DNA of 64,000 bases from Vulcanimicrobiota bacterium (GTDB taxonomy: Bacteria; Vulcanimicrobiota; Vulcanimicrobiia; Vulcanimicrobiales; Vulcanimicrobiaceae): contig CAVVBA010000004.1 in assembly GCA_963746455.1 (NCBI GenBank), positions 60,631-124,630 on the forward strand, written 5' to 3'. A program made the position numbers and the translations under genes. The notes under the pieces were generated by a model that had not been told where the DNA came from, made no database searches, and worked only from the letters and a program-made list of their open reading frames with translations. Below are positions 11,785-22,193 of the stretch, piece after piece (positions within the stretch are counted from its first letter, which is position 1; each line of letters opens with the position of its first letter).

Positions 11785-12988
11785 TGCCGTACGTCCTGGA
11801 CTGGCTCAATCTGCTCGTGCGATGGTTCCATCTCGACCGCCGGCATCGCGTGGATCGGTGCCTCGTTTTATTTCGTCTGGCTCGACAACAATTTGCTGCC
11901 GGCAAAAGACCCTGCAGGATACCGCAGACGGTGTTTCGGGCGAGCTGTGGTCGGTGCACGGCGGCGGATTTTATCACAATCAAAAGTATCCGACCGGACC
12001 GAAGCGCGAGCCGCTGACCGAACATCTGCATTGGTTCAAGTGGGAAGCGTATTCGACGTGGCTTTCCGGGATGGCGATGCTTGCGATCGTCTATTGGTCG
12101 AGCGCGAGCACGCTGCTGATCGACAAGAGCGTGCTCGATCTCACGCCGCCGGAAGCGATCGGGATCAGCATCGCCTCGATCGTGCTTGGGATGGCTGGTC
12201 TACGACGCGCTGTGCAGGGTGCTCGAGCGGCGACCGGTTGCGCTTGGTGTTGCCGTCTACGCATTTCTCGTGCTCGCTGCATGGGGTCTCTCGCACGTCT
12301 TCGGTGCGCGCGCCGCGTACATTCACATCGGCGCGATCATCGGAACGATCATGGTTGCAAATGTTGCGCACGTCATCATTCCGGGCCAGCGCAAAATGCT
12401 CGCGCAGATTCGTCGCGGCGAGGAACCCGATCCGCGTCCGGGTTTGCTCGGCAAGACGCGCTCGGTCCATAACACCTACTTCACGCTGCCCGTGCTTTTC
12501 ACGATGATCAGCAATCATTATCCGATGACCTACGGCAGCGCGTATGGTTGGGAAGCGCTGGCGGTGCTGAGTCTGGCGTCGATACTGGTACGGCAATTCT
12601 TCTTGCTGACGCACAAGCAGCGCTATGTCCCGTGGCTCCTGGTCGGGGCCGGACTGCTCGTCATCGTCGTCGCGCTCGCCCTCGCGCCGCGAACGACCGC
12701 GGTCTCGAAGACAGTGACCTTTGCTGAGGTTGCGCCGATTTTCAGCCAGCGCTGCGCAGTCTGTCATGCCGCGCATCCAACGCAGCCCGGCTTTAGTGCG
12801 CCGCCGGAAGGCGTGTTGCTCGACACACCCGAGCACATCAAGGACAACGCCGCGCGCATCGACGCGCAGGCCGTGCTCACGCAAAATATGCCGCTCGGCA
12901 ACCTCACGAATATGACAAAGGACGAGCGCGCGCAGATCGGAGCCTGGATTTCGGAAGGCGCAAAGATCGAAGGCGCAAAGCACCCTGA
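11784..12988 (+). CDS. puuD: Membrane urate hydroxylase PuuD with C-terminal cytochrome c domain
   Basis: Fragments 11784-12017, 11822-12472, 11893-12507 and 12186-13277. Reads LNLLVRWFHL..IAWIGASFYFVWLDNNL, GELWSVHGGGFYHNQKY, HWFKWEAYSTWLSGMAML. Haem motif CAVCH near 12750. At least 3 frame changes; exact stop uncertain. Confidence 0.8.
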
Positions 12989-13315
12989 TGCTCTCGACGC
13001 ACGTGCTCGATACTTCGCTCGGCGTGCCTGCGGCCGGCGTCAACGTCACGCTGTATCGCGTCGGTCGCGAACGCACGGAGCTTGCGCGCGGCATGACCGA
13101 TGCCGACGGCCGCATCGCATCACCGTTCGGCGGAACAACTTGCATCGGGCTGGTACGAGCTTATCTTTGCCGTCGGCGCGTACTTTGCCGGCACGGAGCG
13201 GCAAGCGTTTTACGACGAGATCCCGGTCCGGTTCCGTATCGACGTCGGTGAGGAGCGGTATCACGTCCCGCTGCTGATCTCGCCCTGGGGCTATTCGACG
13301 TACCGGGGAAGTTAG
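12988..13315 (+). CDS. uraH: 5-hydroxyisourate hydrolase (transthyretin-like)
   Basis: MLSTHVLDTSLGVPAAGVNVTLYR joins ORF 13100-13315, which ends HVPLLISPWGYSTYRGS (diagnostic YRGS tail). One frame change near 13130. Confidence 0.85.
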
Positions 13316-13689
13316 GAAATCTTCGCGGCTTTGTACGCGGCCCAGCTGCCGTAGTGCGAGATGTCGGGGTACTTGCGTTCTTCGATGAGCTTGCGCGGAT
13401 AAATCATCGCTGAAGCGGTCGAGCCGTCATCGAGGATGATCGCGCCTTCGTAGAGATCGGGCGGCTCGTTCGCGAGCAGATGCGCGTGCTGCTCGGGCGT
13501 GAACTCATAGAGCTCGCCCGCAATCGAGACGCCGCCGATCCCGACTTCGTAGATACCCGGATGCTGGTCGCGAACCGAATGCAGGCGGTATCGCGGGGCG
13601 GTATGCGCTTCCCGGACGAAGCGTGCATCGCCCAGATTCTTGTGGTCAGGCTGGCCGCGAAGCGCCGAACCGCAAATGAAGAAGGTCAT
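13312..13689 (-). CDS. Gamma-glutamylcyclotransferase-like protein (resembles the allophanate hydrolase C-terminal domain)
   Basis: Intact 125-aa ORF. MTFFICGSALRGQPDH..GGVSIAGELYEF pattern of the GGCT/AIG2-like fold. Family call is from memory, not searched. Confidence 0.5.
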   Translation of the reverse strand: MTFFICGSALRGQPDHKNLGDARFVREAHTAPRYRLHSVRDQHPGIYEVGIGGVSIAGELYEFTPEQHAHLLANEPPDLYEGAIILDDGSTASAMIYPRKLIEERKYPDISHYGSWAAYKAAKIS

Positions 13690-13701
13690 CCGCGGTGGGA
13701 A

Positions 13702-14925
13702 TTACGCCCTTAGGTCGCGGTCGACCTCGACGAGTGCGGCGGCCAGCGTTTCGACCCCGAGCTCGAGGTCCGCGTCCGAGGTTTTCTCGACGCCGACGTG
13801 ACTGACGCCGCCGATGCTCGGAACGAAGATCATCGCCACCGGGGCGATTGCTGCGATGCACATCGTATCGTGACCGGCGCCGCTGGGAACGTCCATGCTG
13901 CGCTCGCCGGTTGCGTTCGCGGCGCGCCGAACTGCTTCGCGCATGCGCGGCGTCATGGGCGTTGCTTTGCGTCCTTCGAGTGCTTCGATCGAGGTCCGCA
14001 CGCCGACGGGTCGATTCGGCTCGTGACATCGCATCGCGCAAGGTTTGCTCGATCGCATCGACGTGCGCGTCGTACGGCGAGCGCATGTCGACGCTGAAGC
14101 TGACGCGCGCGGGGATCACGTTCGTCGATCCGGGTTCGACCGTCAACCTGCCGACGGTGACGACGGCTTCGCCAAGTGCACGTGCTGTCGATTCGATCGC
14201 AAGAATAATTTCCGCGGCGCCGCCGAGCGAGTCGGAACGGATCGCCATCGGCACCGTTCCGGCATGACCGCTCTCGCCTTCGAGCGTTACGCGAAAGCGT
14301 CGCTGCGAAGCGATCGCCGTAACGATGCCGAGACGCGCGCCGGCGCGTTCGAGAATCGGGCCTTGCTCGACGTGCAGCTCTACGTAGCCGGCGACATCGT
14401 TGTTCGCACGTTGCGGTACGTCGCGCAGCAAACCGCCGTCTTCGTGCGCGAGCGCATCACCGAGCGTCGTTCCGATTTCGTCGGTCAGCGCGAGTGCGTG
14501 CTCCGCGGATGTGAGTCCCGCGAAAACAGCGCTTCCCAAACATCCAAGCGGAAAGCGGCTTCCCTCTTCGCCGACCCATGCAGTGGCTTCGATCGGATGC
14601 TCGGTCGTAATGTTGCGCGCGTCGAGAAGTTCGAGCGCGCACATTGCGCCGACGACGCCGTACGCGCCGTCATACGCGCCGCCGGTCTTGACCGTGTCGA
14701 GATGCGAACCAGTCAGAATCGGCGGCGGCATCTTTGCGTTTTCCCTCACGCCGAGCGAACAGATTGCCGACGCGATCTTGCGAGAGTGAGTAGTTGTTCG
14801 CGCGCGCCCAGCTCGCGAAGTGTTCGCGTGCGGCGCGTTCTTCGGGCGTTGCTAAGCCGCGATCGATCCCGCCTTCATAGCGTCCAAGAACGGAAAGCTG
14901 TGCGAGCCGCTCGACGATTTTGCTA
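13702..14925 (-). CDS. allC: Allantoate amidohydrolase / N-carbamoyl-amino-acid hydrolase (M20 family)
   Basis: Fragments 14670-15071 (ISKIVERLAQLS..DRVGNLFARREG), 13646-14749 (GSHLDTVKTGGAYDGAYGVVGA, HVEQGPILE, GESGHAGTVPM) and 13702-14058 (SGAGHDTM). Start codon not resolved. Confidence 0.75.
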
Positions 14926-15828
14926 ATGGCGGGGCTCCGGCGGATGGTTCGCGATCCAATGGCGAGCGATGTCGACGCGCTTGCATACCCACACGTCTTC
15001 GTGCTTGGCGACGTGATCGAGGAAACGTTCGAGCGCTGCAGTGCGCGCCCGGGCGTCCGGCCAGACGGCAATGCAATCCGATCGACATCATCTTCGGCGC
15101 GGTTTTGCCTTCCCTATACAGCACGTCGAACGCGTCGCGCATGTATTCGAAATACCCGCTTGGCGACGAGAAACCGGGCGGTACGGAAAACTTCATGTCG
15201 TTGACGTCGAGCGTATACGGAATGACGAGATGATCTTTTCCGGAGACGTCGACCCAGTACGGTAGATCGTCGTTGTACGCGTCCGAATCATAAAGGAAGC
15301 CGCCCTCTTCGACGACGAGCCGGCGCGTATTCAAGCTCGGCGCATAGCGGCAATACCAGCCGTAGGGACGCTCGCCGATCGATCGCTCGATCGATGCAAT
15401 GGCGCGCCGCATCTGCTCGCGCTCCTCGGCTTCGCTCATGTTCGAAAGCCGATCCAGCGCCAGCCGTGCGAGCACACTTCGTGTCCGGCGGTGCGAATCG
15501 CCGCTGCCGCTTCCGGATTGCGTTCGAGCGCGAGCGCCGCGCCGAACACGGTGACATTGAGCTTGCGCTCTTCGAAGATGCGCATCAAGCGCCAAAAGCC
15601 GGCGCGGCTTCCGTATTCGTAGATCGACTCGACGATGAGATCGCGCTTGCCGGGCCCGAGCGTCGCACCGGGAACTTCGGTGAGATAGGTCTCCGAAACG
15701 TCGTCGCCGTCGCCGATCGCGTATTCCGAGCCCTCTTCGTAGTTCATAACAATTTGGACGGCCAGGCGGGCGCCGTTTGGCCAACGCGGATGGGGCGGCC
15801 GTGCGCCGTATCCGACGAAATCGCGCAT
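14923..15828 (-). CDS. puuE: Allantoinase PuuE (polysaccharide-deacetylase type)
   Basis: MRDFVGYGARPPHPRWPNGARLAVQIVMNYEEGSE (in 15436-15987), then YGWYCRYAPSLNTRRLVVEEGGFLYDSDAYNDDLPYW (in 14852-15868). The tail GRPGR..ALERFLDHVAKHEDVWVCKRVDIARHW lies in a third frame. Confidence 0.8.
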
Positions 15829-15866
15829 CGACGGGTTCGTTTCGGCAACGTGCCGTAGTGTCCGCC

Positions 15867-16772
15867 ATGCTTCACGCAGTCGTTTCGATCGGGACGAACT
15901 CGACGCGACTCTTGATCGTCCGCGAAAGCGTCGACGGAAGACTCGAGCCGATCGTCCAGCATTCGATCGGTACGCGCTTAGGCGCAAACCTCAAAGGGAC
16001 CGGACCTCTCGATCCCGAGGCGCGCGAGCGGACGCTGAGCGTGATCGACGACTACGCGCGCGAGGCGCTTGGCTGCGGCGCAGACATCGGCGCAATTGCG
16101 ACGAGCGCGATGCGGCGGGCATCGGACGGTGAGAACTTCGCGCACGACGTCGAACGTCGCCTCCGCACGCGACTCGAGATTCTCTCTGGACCGCGTGAAG
16201 CCGAGTTGTCGTTCATCGGTGCGACCGCTAACCGCGCGCACGACGAGCCCGTCGGTGTGATCGACGTCGGCGGCGGTAGTACGGAATATGCGGCGGGCAA
16301 AGGACGCGTCGAAGGGCGCGTGTCCTGCGAGATCGGCGCGGTGCGGCTGTCAGAAGCGATTCCGGCACTGCTCGGTGCGGAAGTTCCAAGCGACATTCCG
16401 GCACTTGAAAAAGAAGCGCGTGATTATGCGCGCGCACGCCTCGCGCCGCTCGCCGATTTTCTGCGTCCGAGCGCCGTCTTTGCCGTCGGCGGAACGATGT
16501 TCAACGCCGCGGCGATCGTCACCGATCGTGAACGCGATGACATCGACGGTGTCGTGCTGACGCGCGCAACGTTGAGTGAACTCACGCGGCGATTCTTAGC
16601 CATGGATACGCCGGTGCGCCGCGTGCAACCGCGCATCAGCCCGCAACGCGCCGACATCTTCCCCGCGGGTCTACTGATCGCCGACGAGGCACTCGGCATC
16701 CTCAACGTCACCGAATGCACCGTCTCGCAACGCGACCTGCTTTACGGCTACTTGATCGAGAAGTACGGATGA
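15867..16772 (+). CDS. Ppx/GppA-family exopolyphosphatase/phosphatase
   Basis: ATG at 15867 within ORF 15777-16772. VSIGTNSTRLLIV and VIDVGGGSTEY are ASKHA phosphate-binding motifs. Confidence 0.8.
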   Translation: MLHAVVSIGTNSTRLLIVRESVDGRLEPIVQHSIGTRLGANLKGTGPLDPEARERTLSVIDDYAREALGCGADIGAIATSAMRRASDGENFAHDVERRLRTRLEILSGPREAELSFIGATANRAHDEPVGVIDVGGGSTEYAAGKGRVEGRVSCEIGAVRLSEAIPALLGAEVPSDIPALEKEARDYARARLAPLADFLRPSAVFAVGGTMFNAAAIVTDRERDDIDGVVLTRATLSELTRRFLAMDTPVRRVQPRISPQRADIFPAGLLIADEALGILNVTECTVSQRDLLYGYLIEKYG

Positions 16773-16777
16773 GGGTT

Positions 16778-16861
16778 TGGGGTGGCCGAGACTTGAACTC
16801 GGACGCCCTTTCGGACTGCAGATTTTAAGTCTGCTGCGTATACCGATTCCGCCACCACCCC
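16778..16861 (-). tRNA. tRNA-Leu (anticodon UAA)
   Basis: The reverse complement folds as a cloverleaf. Acceptor GGGGTGG/CCACCCC, anticodon arm GCAGA-CTTAAAA-TCTGC, long variable arm GTCC-GAAA-GGGC, T arm CCGAG-TTCAAGT-CTCGG. No encoded CCA. Confidence 0.85.
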
Positions 16862-16921
16862 TGGTGAGCGCATTGCCCTTCCACCGCGGAACATTTCGGC
16901 CTGCCGGCAAATAGATACGAC

Positions 16922-17730
16922 GTGGCAACACGTGGTCGTTTCATGACGATCCTTAAACGGCTCGGTATTATGCTACTCGGGATCGTTGTGTTTACGGCGG
17001 TCCTCGTTGGCGCGGAATGGCTTCTCGAGAAAGCGCACGTCCCAAACGTCGCCGTTGCCGTCATCATCTTGATATTGGCACTCGTCGTCTATGCCGGATA
17101 CCAGCGTTCGTCGAGCGTCGCATGCCAACAGAAGTCGCGCCGAAGCGGATGGTACGGCTTACCGTTCTGGGCCTGGTCTTCGGTCTCGTCATCTTTTCGA
17201 TAACGATCGGGATTATCGCGCTGGCCGGCGATTATCATATCATCGGCCGTTCGTGGAGCACGGCGTTCGTAGTCGCCTTCATCGCGTTGCTCGCGGATGC
17301 CGTAGCGGAAGAAGTCATCTTTCGCGGATTCATTTTTCGGACGTGTCGCGATCTTTGGGGACCTTGGATTGCACTCGCGATATCGGCCGTGCTTTTCGGC
17401 GCAATCCATGCATTCAATCCCAACGCGACGGTGATAAGCAGCATCGCAATCGCAATCGAAGCCGGCGTGTTGCTTGCGGTCGCGTACGCCGTTACCGAAA
17501 GCTTGTGGTTTCCGATTGGAATTCACGCCGGTTGGAATTTCTCGGAGAGCGTCATCTACGGCACGAACGTCTCCGGCATCAACGTGCACCAATCGCTCTT
17601 CAGCGCGAAGATCGCGGGACCCGAGATCCTGACCGGGGGGTCGTTCGGCCCCGAAGCATCGATCGTTGCGGTCGCGGTCTGTTTGGTGGCGAGCCTCGTC
17701 CTAGCATGGTCACGCCGTCGAGTCGCGTAA
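16922..17730 (+). CDS. CPBP-family intramembrane glutamic endopeptidase (CAAX protease-like)
   Basis: ORF 16922-17203 joins 17017-17730 near 17100. Motifs EEVIFRGF and LFGAIHAF; multiple hydrophobic segments. Confidence 0.75.
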
Positions 17731-17771
17731 CGTAAGAACGTTCACGGACGTTCAGGGACGGGAGGGGACTT

Positions 17772-18759
17772 ATGCACGACACGTATTCGCGACGCGCGAT
17801 TCTTTCTGGCGGCGCGGCCGCACTTTCGGTAGTCGCATTGCCGAAGCCGACACTCGCCGCCGACCCGCCGCTGCCCTCGACCATAACGATCGCAATTCAG
17901 CCCGGAATCGGATACGGCAACCTGCTGGTGATGAAATACCAGAAGGTTCTCGAGAAGAAATATCCGGGAACGACCTTCGATTGGCCGGTTCTCACCAACG
18001 GCGATGCGATTCGCGACGGGATCATCTCAGGGAACATCGCGATCGGCGCCGGCGGATCTGGACCATTTCTTATCGGTTGGGATCGCGGGGTCGGTTACAA
18101 GCTTATCGGTGGCCTCGATCTGATGGATCTCTGGATGGTCACGCGAAATCCGGCCATCAAGAGCGCTCAAAGACATCAAGCCGGGGATGAAGATCGGAAT
18201 GCCGTCGCCCGATGCGATTCAGGCCATCGCATTGCGCATGGGATGTCAGCAGCAGCTGGGTAATGCCAAAGCCCTCGATACGAACATCATCGCGATCCAG
18301 CATCCTCTGGGTCTGGTCGCGCTCAAGAACGGGCAGCTCGATGCGCATATGAGCTCACCGCCGTTTCAGTTCGAAGAAGTCGCCGACGGCGGCCACGTCG
18401 TGTTCCGCAGCTGGCAAGCGACGGGCCGGATGACGTTCAACTGCGTTTACACGACCGATGCGTTCAACAACAAGTATCCGGAGTTCGTCCGTTATTTTTC
18501 CGAACAGCTCGGACGCGCGACCGACTACATTCACAAAAGTCCCGGCGGATTTGCCGATATCTTGATGCAAGATTCGGGCGGTAAGGTTCCCGCAGGTCAA
18601 TATCTCGGATGGCTGCGCGAGCCTGGCCTCGAGTACTCGACCGTCCCGCGCGGCTTCGTGAAGATCGCCGCGTTCATGAAAGACATCGGCATGTTGAACA
18701 AGGCGCCGGGCTCGATTCGGGATCTCGAGTTGCCGCTCATGAACGGAGCCGGAGACTGA
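17772..18759 (+). CDS. ABC transporter substrate-binding protein (NMT1/SsuA/TauA-like), Tat signal
   Basis: ORFs 17772-18263 and 18187-18759 join near 18170. Leader SRRAILSGGAAALSVVALPKPTLA. Sits in the operon with the ATPase and permease below. Confidence 0.7.
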
Positions 18760-19507
18760 ACGACGCTCCCACCGTCGTCGTCGCGCGCGATGTGACGATG
18801 ACGTACCGCGAACGCAGCGGCAAGCATGTCGTCGCAGTCGACAGCATTTCGTTTGAGGTCGGGCGCGGCGAGAAGTTCGTCGTCATCGGTCCATCGGGCT
18901 GCGGAAAGACGACGCTGCTCAAAGCAATCGGCGGATTCATGCGGCCGAGCGGCGGACGTTGACGATCGAAGGCCGGCCGATTGCGTCTCCGGGTCCCGAC
19001 CGCATGGTTGTCTTTCAGGATTTCGACCAGCTCTTTCCGTGGCATACGATTCGCGGCAATGTTGCATACGCGCTGCGCGTCACGAGAAACGACGTTTCAA
19101 AAGGCGAAGCGCTCAAACGCGCCGATGCAGTTCTCGAGCTCGTCGGCATTGGCGTGGCCGGCCGACCGCTATCCACACCAGCTTTCTGGCGGGATGAAGC
19201 AGCGCGCGGCGATCGCGCGAGCAATCGCGCTCGAGCCGACATTGCTGCTCCTCGACGAGCCGTTCGGAGCGCTCGACGCGATCACGCGGACGCGCATGCA
19301 GCGCGAGCTGCTCGCGATTCACGCGCGCCTCGGGCTCTCGATCGTGCTGATTACGCATTCGATCGAAGAAGCTGCGGCGATCGGCGATCGCGTGCTCGTG
19401 CTCACGCGCGGACCCGGACGCGTACGTGAGATCGTCGAACGTCAAATCGGCCGGCGCAAATGCAGTCACGTATCTTCACCAACTGCTCGACGAGGGAGCT
19501 GCGCTGA
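18756..19507 (+). CDS. ABC transporter ATP-binding protein (SsuB/TauB-like)
   Basis: Walker A GPSGCGKTT (frame of 18609-18962), Q-loop VFQDF (18959-19429), signature LSGGMKQR and Walker B LLLLDEPF (18981-19712). Two frame changes. Start and stop approximate. Confidence 0.8.
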
Positions 19508-19509
19508 GA

Positions 19510-20359
19510 CTGCGCTGGACGAATCTCCCGTCGGTCCTGCGCCGCGCGATCCTCGTCGTTGCGATCATTATGTCTTTGGCAAGTTTGGGTCGTCGCGTTT
19601 CATGTTCCGCAGCTGCTCTTCGCCGCGCCGTCCGACGTCGCGCGTACGATCATCACCGACATTGCCAACGGATCGCTCGTCAGCGCGACCGTCCATACCC
19701 TCGAGATTCTGATCATCGGGATGGCAATCGGCGGTGCGCTCGGGGTTTTGTTTGCCGCGTTCGGCGTGCTATCGAGCGTCGGGCACGATTTGCTGCGCGT
19801 CTTGACGTCGGCATTCAATCCGTTACCCGCGATCGCGGTGCTGCCGCTCGCGATGTTGTGGTTCGGATTGACTCCTCGTTCGATCATTTTCGTCGTCGCG
19901 CTCGCAACGATTTGGCCGGTTGCGCTCAATACCGAGAGCGGTTTCCGTACGATCTCGTCGACATTGCGCATGGTCGCGCAGAATCTTGGGTTGCGCGGGC
20001 CGCGACTCGTCTTCGACGTGCTGCTTCCCGGCGCATTACCGCAGATCATCACCGGCGCGAAAACGTCATGGGCATTCGGCTGGCGCACCGTCGTTGCGGC
20101 GGAGCTCGTTTTCGGTGTCGCCGGTGCGTCGGGCGGGCTCGGTTGGTACATCAGCAACGCGCGCTATTATCTGGAAACGCCCGCGATGTTCGCGGGCCTC
20201 GTAACGATCTCGGTGCTCGGTCTGTTGGTTGAAGCGCTGTTCAACGCGGTCGAAACGCGAACGGTCGTACGCTGGGGAATGTCGCTAGCCGCCGAGACAC
20301 GCGAAGAAGCGCCGAGCGTTGTCGAAGACGAAACCGTCGCCGTTCTCGTCGCTCACTAA
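19510..20359 (+). CDS. ABC transporter permease (SsuC/TauC-like)
   Basis: ORF 19426-20232 joins 19559-20359. Binding-protein-dependent transport motif region AQNLGLRGPRLVFDVLLPGALP. Start approximate. Confidence 0.75.
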
Positions 20360-20420
20360 GGGGTAGGAGTCGCCCTTTCCAGGCACGAACCGGCCCCGGT
20401 TTGGCAATGCTGGCAAGAAA

Positions 20421-21210
20421 ATGAAAATCATCGTCACCGTGAAGTTGGTGCCGGACACCAACGCCGATAAGCGCATCGATCCTGGGACGAAGCGCCTCGT
20501 GCGCACCGGCGTCGAGAACGTGCTCAATCCGTTCGACGAATACGCGATCGAGGCGGCGCTGCAGCTGCGCGAAAAGCGCAACGACGGTTCGACCGTTACG
20601 ATTTTTACGATGGCGCCCGAAAGTGGGAAAGAAATCGTGCGCAAAGCGCTCGCGATGGGCGCCGACGATGCGGTGATGCTCAGCGATCCGAAGCTCGAAG
20701 GCTCGGACGTTGCGGGGACCGCGCACGCGATGGCTGCTGCGTTGAAGAAGACCGGATTCGATTTGATCTTGTGCGGCACGCAGTCGACCGACGCGATCAC
20801 CGGCGAAGTCCCAGGTTTTCTTGCCGAGCTGCTCGGCGTTCCGGGATTGACGTACGTTCGTAAGATCGATTCCGATGGAACGACGATCAACGCGCAACGC
20901 GAAACCGATTTGGGTTACGTCGACGTCACCGTCGCAACGCCCGCGCTCGTATCCGTAACGAAAGCGATCAACGAGCCGCGCTATCCGTCGCTCAAAGGCA
21001 TCATGGGCGCGAAGAAAAAGGAAATCAAGAGTGCTCTCGCTCGCCGATGTCGATTTCACGCGCGCGGCGGGCAGCGATGGCGCAAAGACCGAGCTGCTCG
21101 AGCTTGCGACGCCGCCGGCACGCGAGAAAGGCCGCGTCGTCACCGCATCGGATGGTGCCGAAGGCGCGACTGCGATCTTCGATTTTCTCAAAGAGAAGAA
21201 GCTGCTCTGA
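20421..21210 (+). CDS. etfB: Electron transfer flavoprotein beta subunit
   Basis: MKIIVTVKLVPDTNADKRID..NPFDEYAIEAAL. One extra base near 21030. The restored tail VLSLADVDF..FDFLKEKKLL ends at TGA 21208-21210. Confidence 0.85.
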
Positions 21211-22193
21211 TGCGCGACGTCATCGTTTTCATCGAACACCGCGCAGGCACACCGCGCCGCGTTTCCTTCGAGCTTGCGACAAAAGCGCAAGATCTTGCGA
21301 CGGCACTCGGCGGAAAGACGCACGGCGTGATCGCCGGCGCCGGAGCGTCGCAAGCCGCCGAAGCGACCAAACCGTACGGCCTTGGCACGCTGCACGTCGC
21401 CGACGGCGGCGTCGACCGCCGAGTATCTGATCGATCCGCTTGTCGACGCGCTCGAAGCCGTCAGCAAAGGCGGCGGGCCCGGCGCTTGCTCCTCGTGCCC
21501 AACACGATGATCGGCCGAGACGTCGGCAGCCGCGTCGCTGCGCGGCTCGACGCTGGAATCACTTCGGACGCAACCGACGTTACTGTAGCAAATGGCACGG
21601 TCAGGACGGTCTCGCCGAAGCTGGGTGGTTTGACGATTACGACCTGCGCGTTCAAGAACACCGAGTACGGCGTCGTCAGCGTGCGCCCGAACGTTTTCGC
21701 GGCGAAGCCGGCAGCATCGCCGACGTCCAACGTCGAGATGCTCGCGCTCCCAGCCAAGACGTACGCGATGAAGATGGGCGCCGAGGTCGAGGAAGCCGCG
21801 CCGGAGCTGGGCGTCGAGGAAGCCTCAATCGTCGTCTCAGGCGGCCGCGGCTTGGGCGGCCCCGAGCCGTTCACGACCGTGATCAAGCCGCTTGCCGAAG
21901 CGCTCGGCGGCGCAGTCGGCGCTTCTCGAGCGGCCGTCGATGCAGGCTGGATCCCGCACGCCCACCAGGTGGGACAGACCGGGAAGACGATTAGTCCTTC
22001 CTTGTACATCGCCGTCGGGATTTCGGGCGCAATTCAGCACAAAGTCGGCATGCGCACGGCTGGTACTATCGTCGCCGTCAATAAAGACGCGAACGTCCCG
22101 ATCGCTGATTTTGCCGACTTGCTGGTCGTCGGCGACCTATTCCAAATCATCCCCGAGCTGACCAAGCGCGTCGAGACTGAGAAGGTACATTGA
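21210..22193 (+). CDS. etfA: Electron transfer flavoprotein alpha subunit
   Basis: ATG overlaps the etfB stop (TGATG). MRDVIVFIEHRAG.., C-terminal FAD site SRAAVDAGWIPHAHQVGQTGKTISPSLYIAVGISGAIQH. The frame leaves and re-enters between about 21420 and 21490. Confidence 0.85.
   Translation: MRDVIVFIEHRAGTPRRVSFELATKAQDLATALGGKTHGVIAGAGASQAAEATKPYGLGTLHVADGGVDRRVSDRSACRRARSRQQRRRARRLLLVPNTMIGRDVGSRVAARLDAGITSDATDVTVANGTVRTVSPKLGGLTITTCAFKNTEYGVVSVRPNVFAAKPAASPTSNVEMLALPAKTYAMKMGAEVEEAAPELGVEEASIVVSGGRGLGGPEPFTTVIKPLAEALGGAVGASRAAVDAGWIPHAHQVGQTGKTISPSLYIAVGISGAIQHKVGMRTAGTIVAVNKDANVPIADFADLLVVGDLFQIIPELTKRVETEKVH

Noticed and set aside
9795-11846. 683-aa ORF on the minus strand that looks like one large protein
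   Set aside because: It is a chimera. Only its middle part (from MTTLLLRNARLL at 11249) is the real amidohydrolase frame. The upstream part is antisense to uraD/puuD, and the downstream part drifts out of the true frame.
12954-12980. Direct repeat gaaggcgcaaag (12954-12965 and 12969-12980) at the 3' end of puuD
   Set aside because: It is a 12-nt duplication with a 15-nt period that encodes EGAK twice. It is most likely a trivial slippage duplication or chance in GC-rich DNA and has no regulatory context.
16778-17000. tRNA-Leu as a possible integration hotspot or genomic-island boundary
   Set aside because: There is no integrase, no direct repeat of the tRNA 3' end, and no compositional shift next to it. 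The flanking genes (ppx, CPBP protease) look ordinary.
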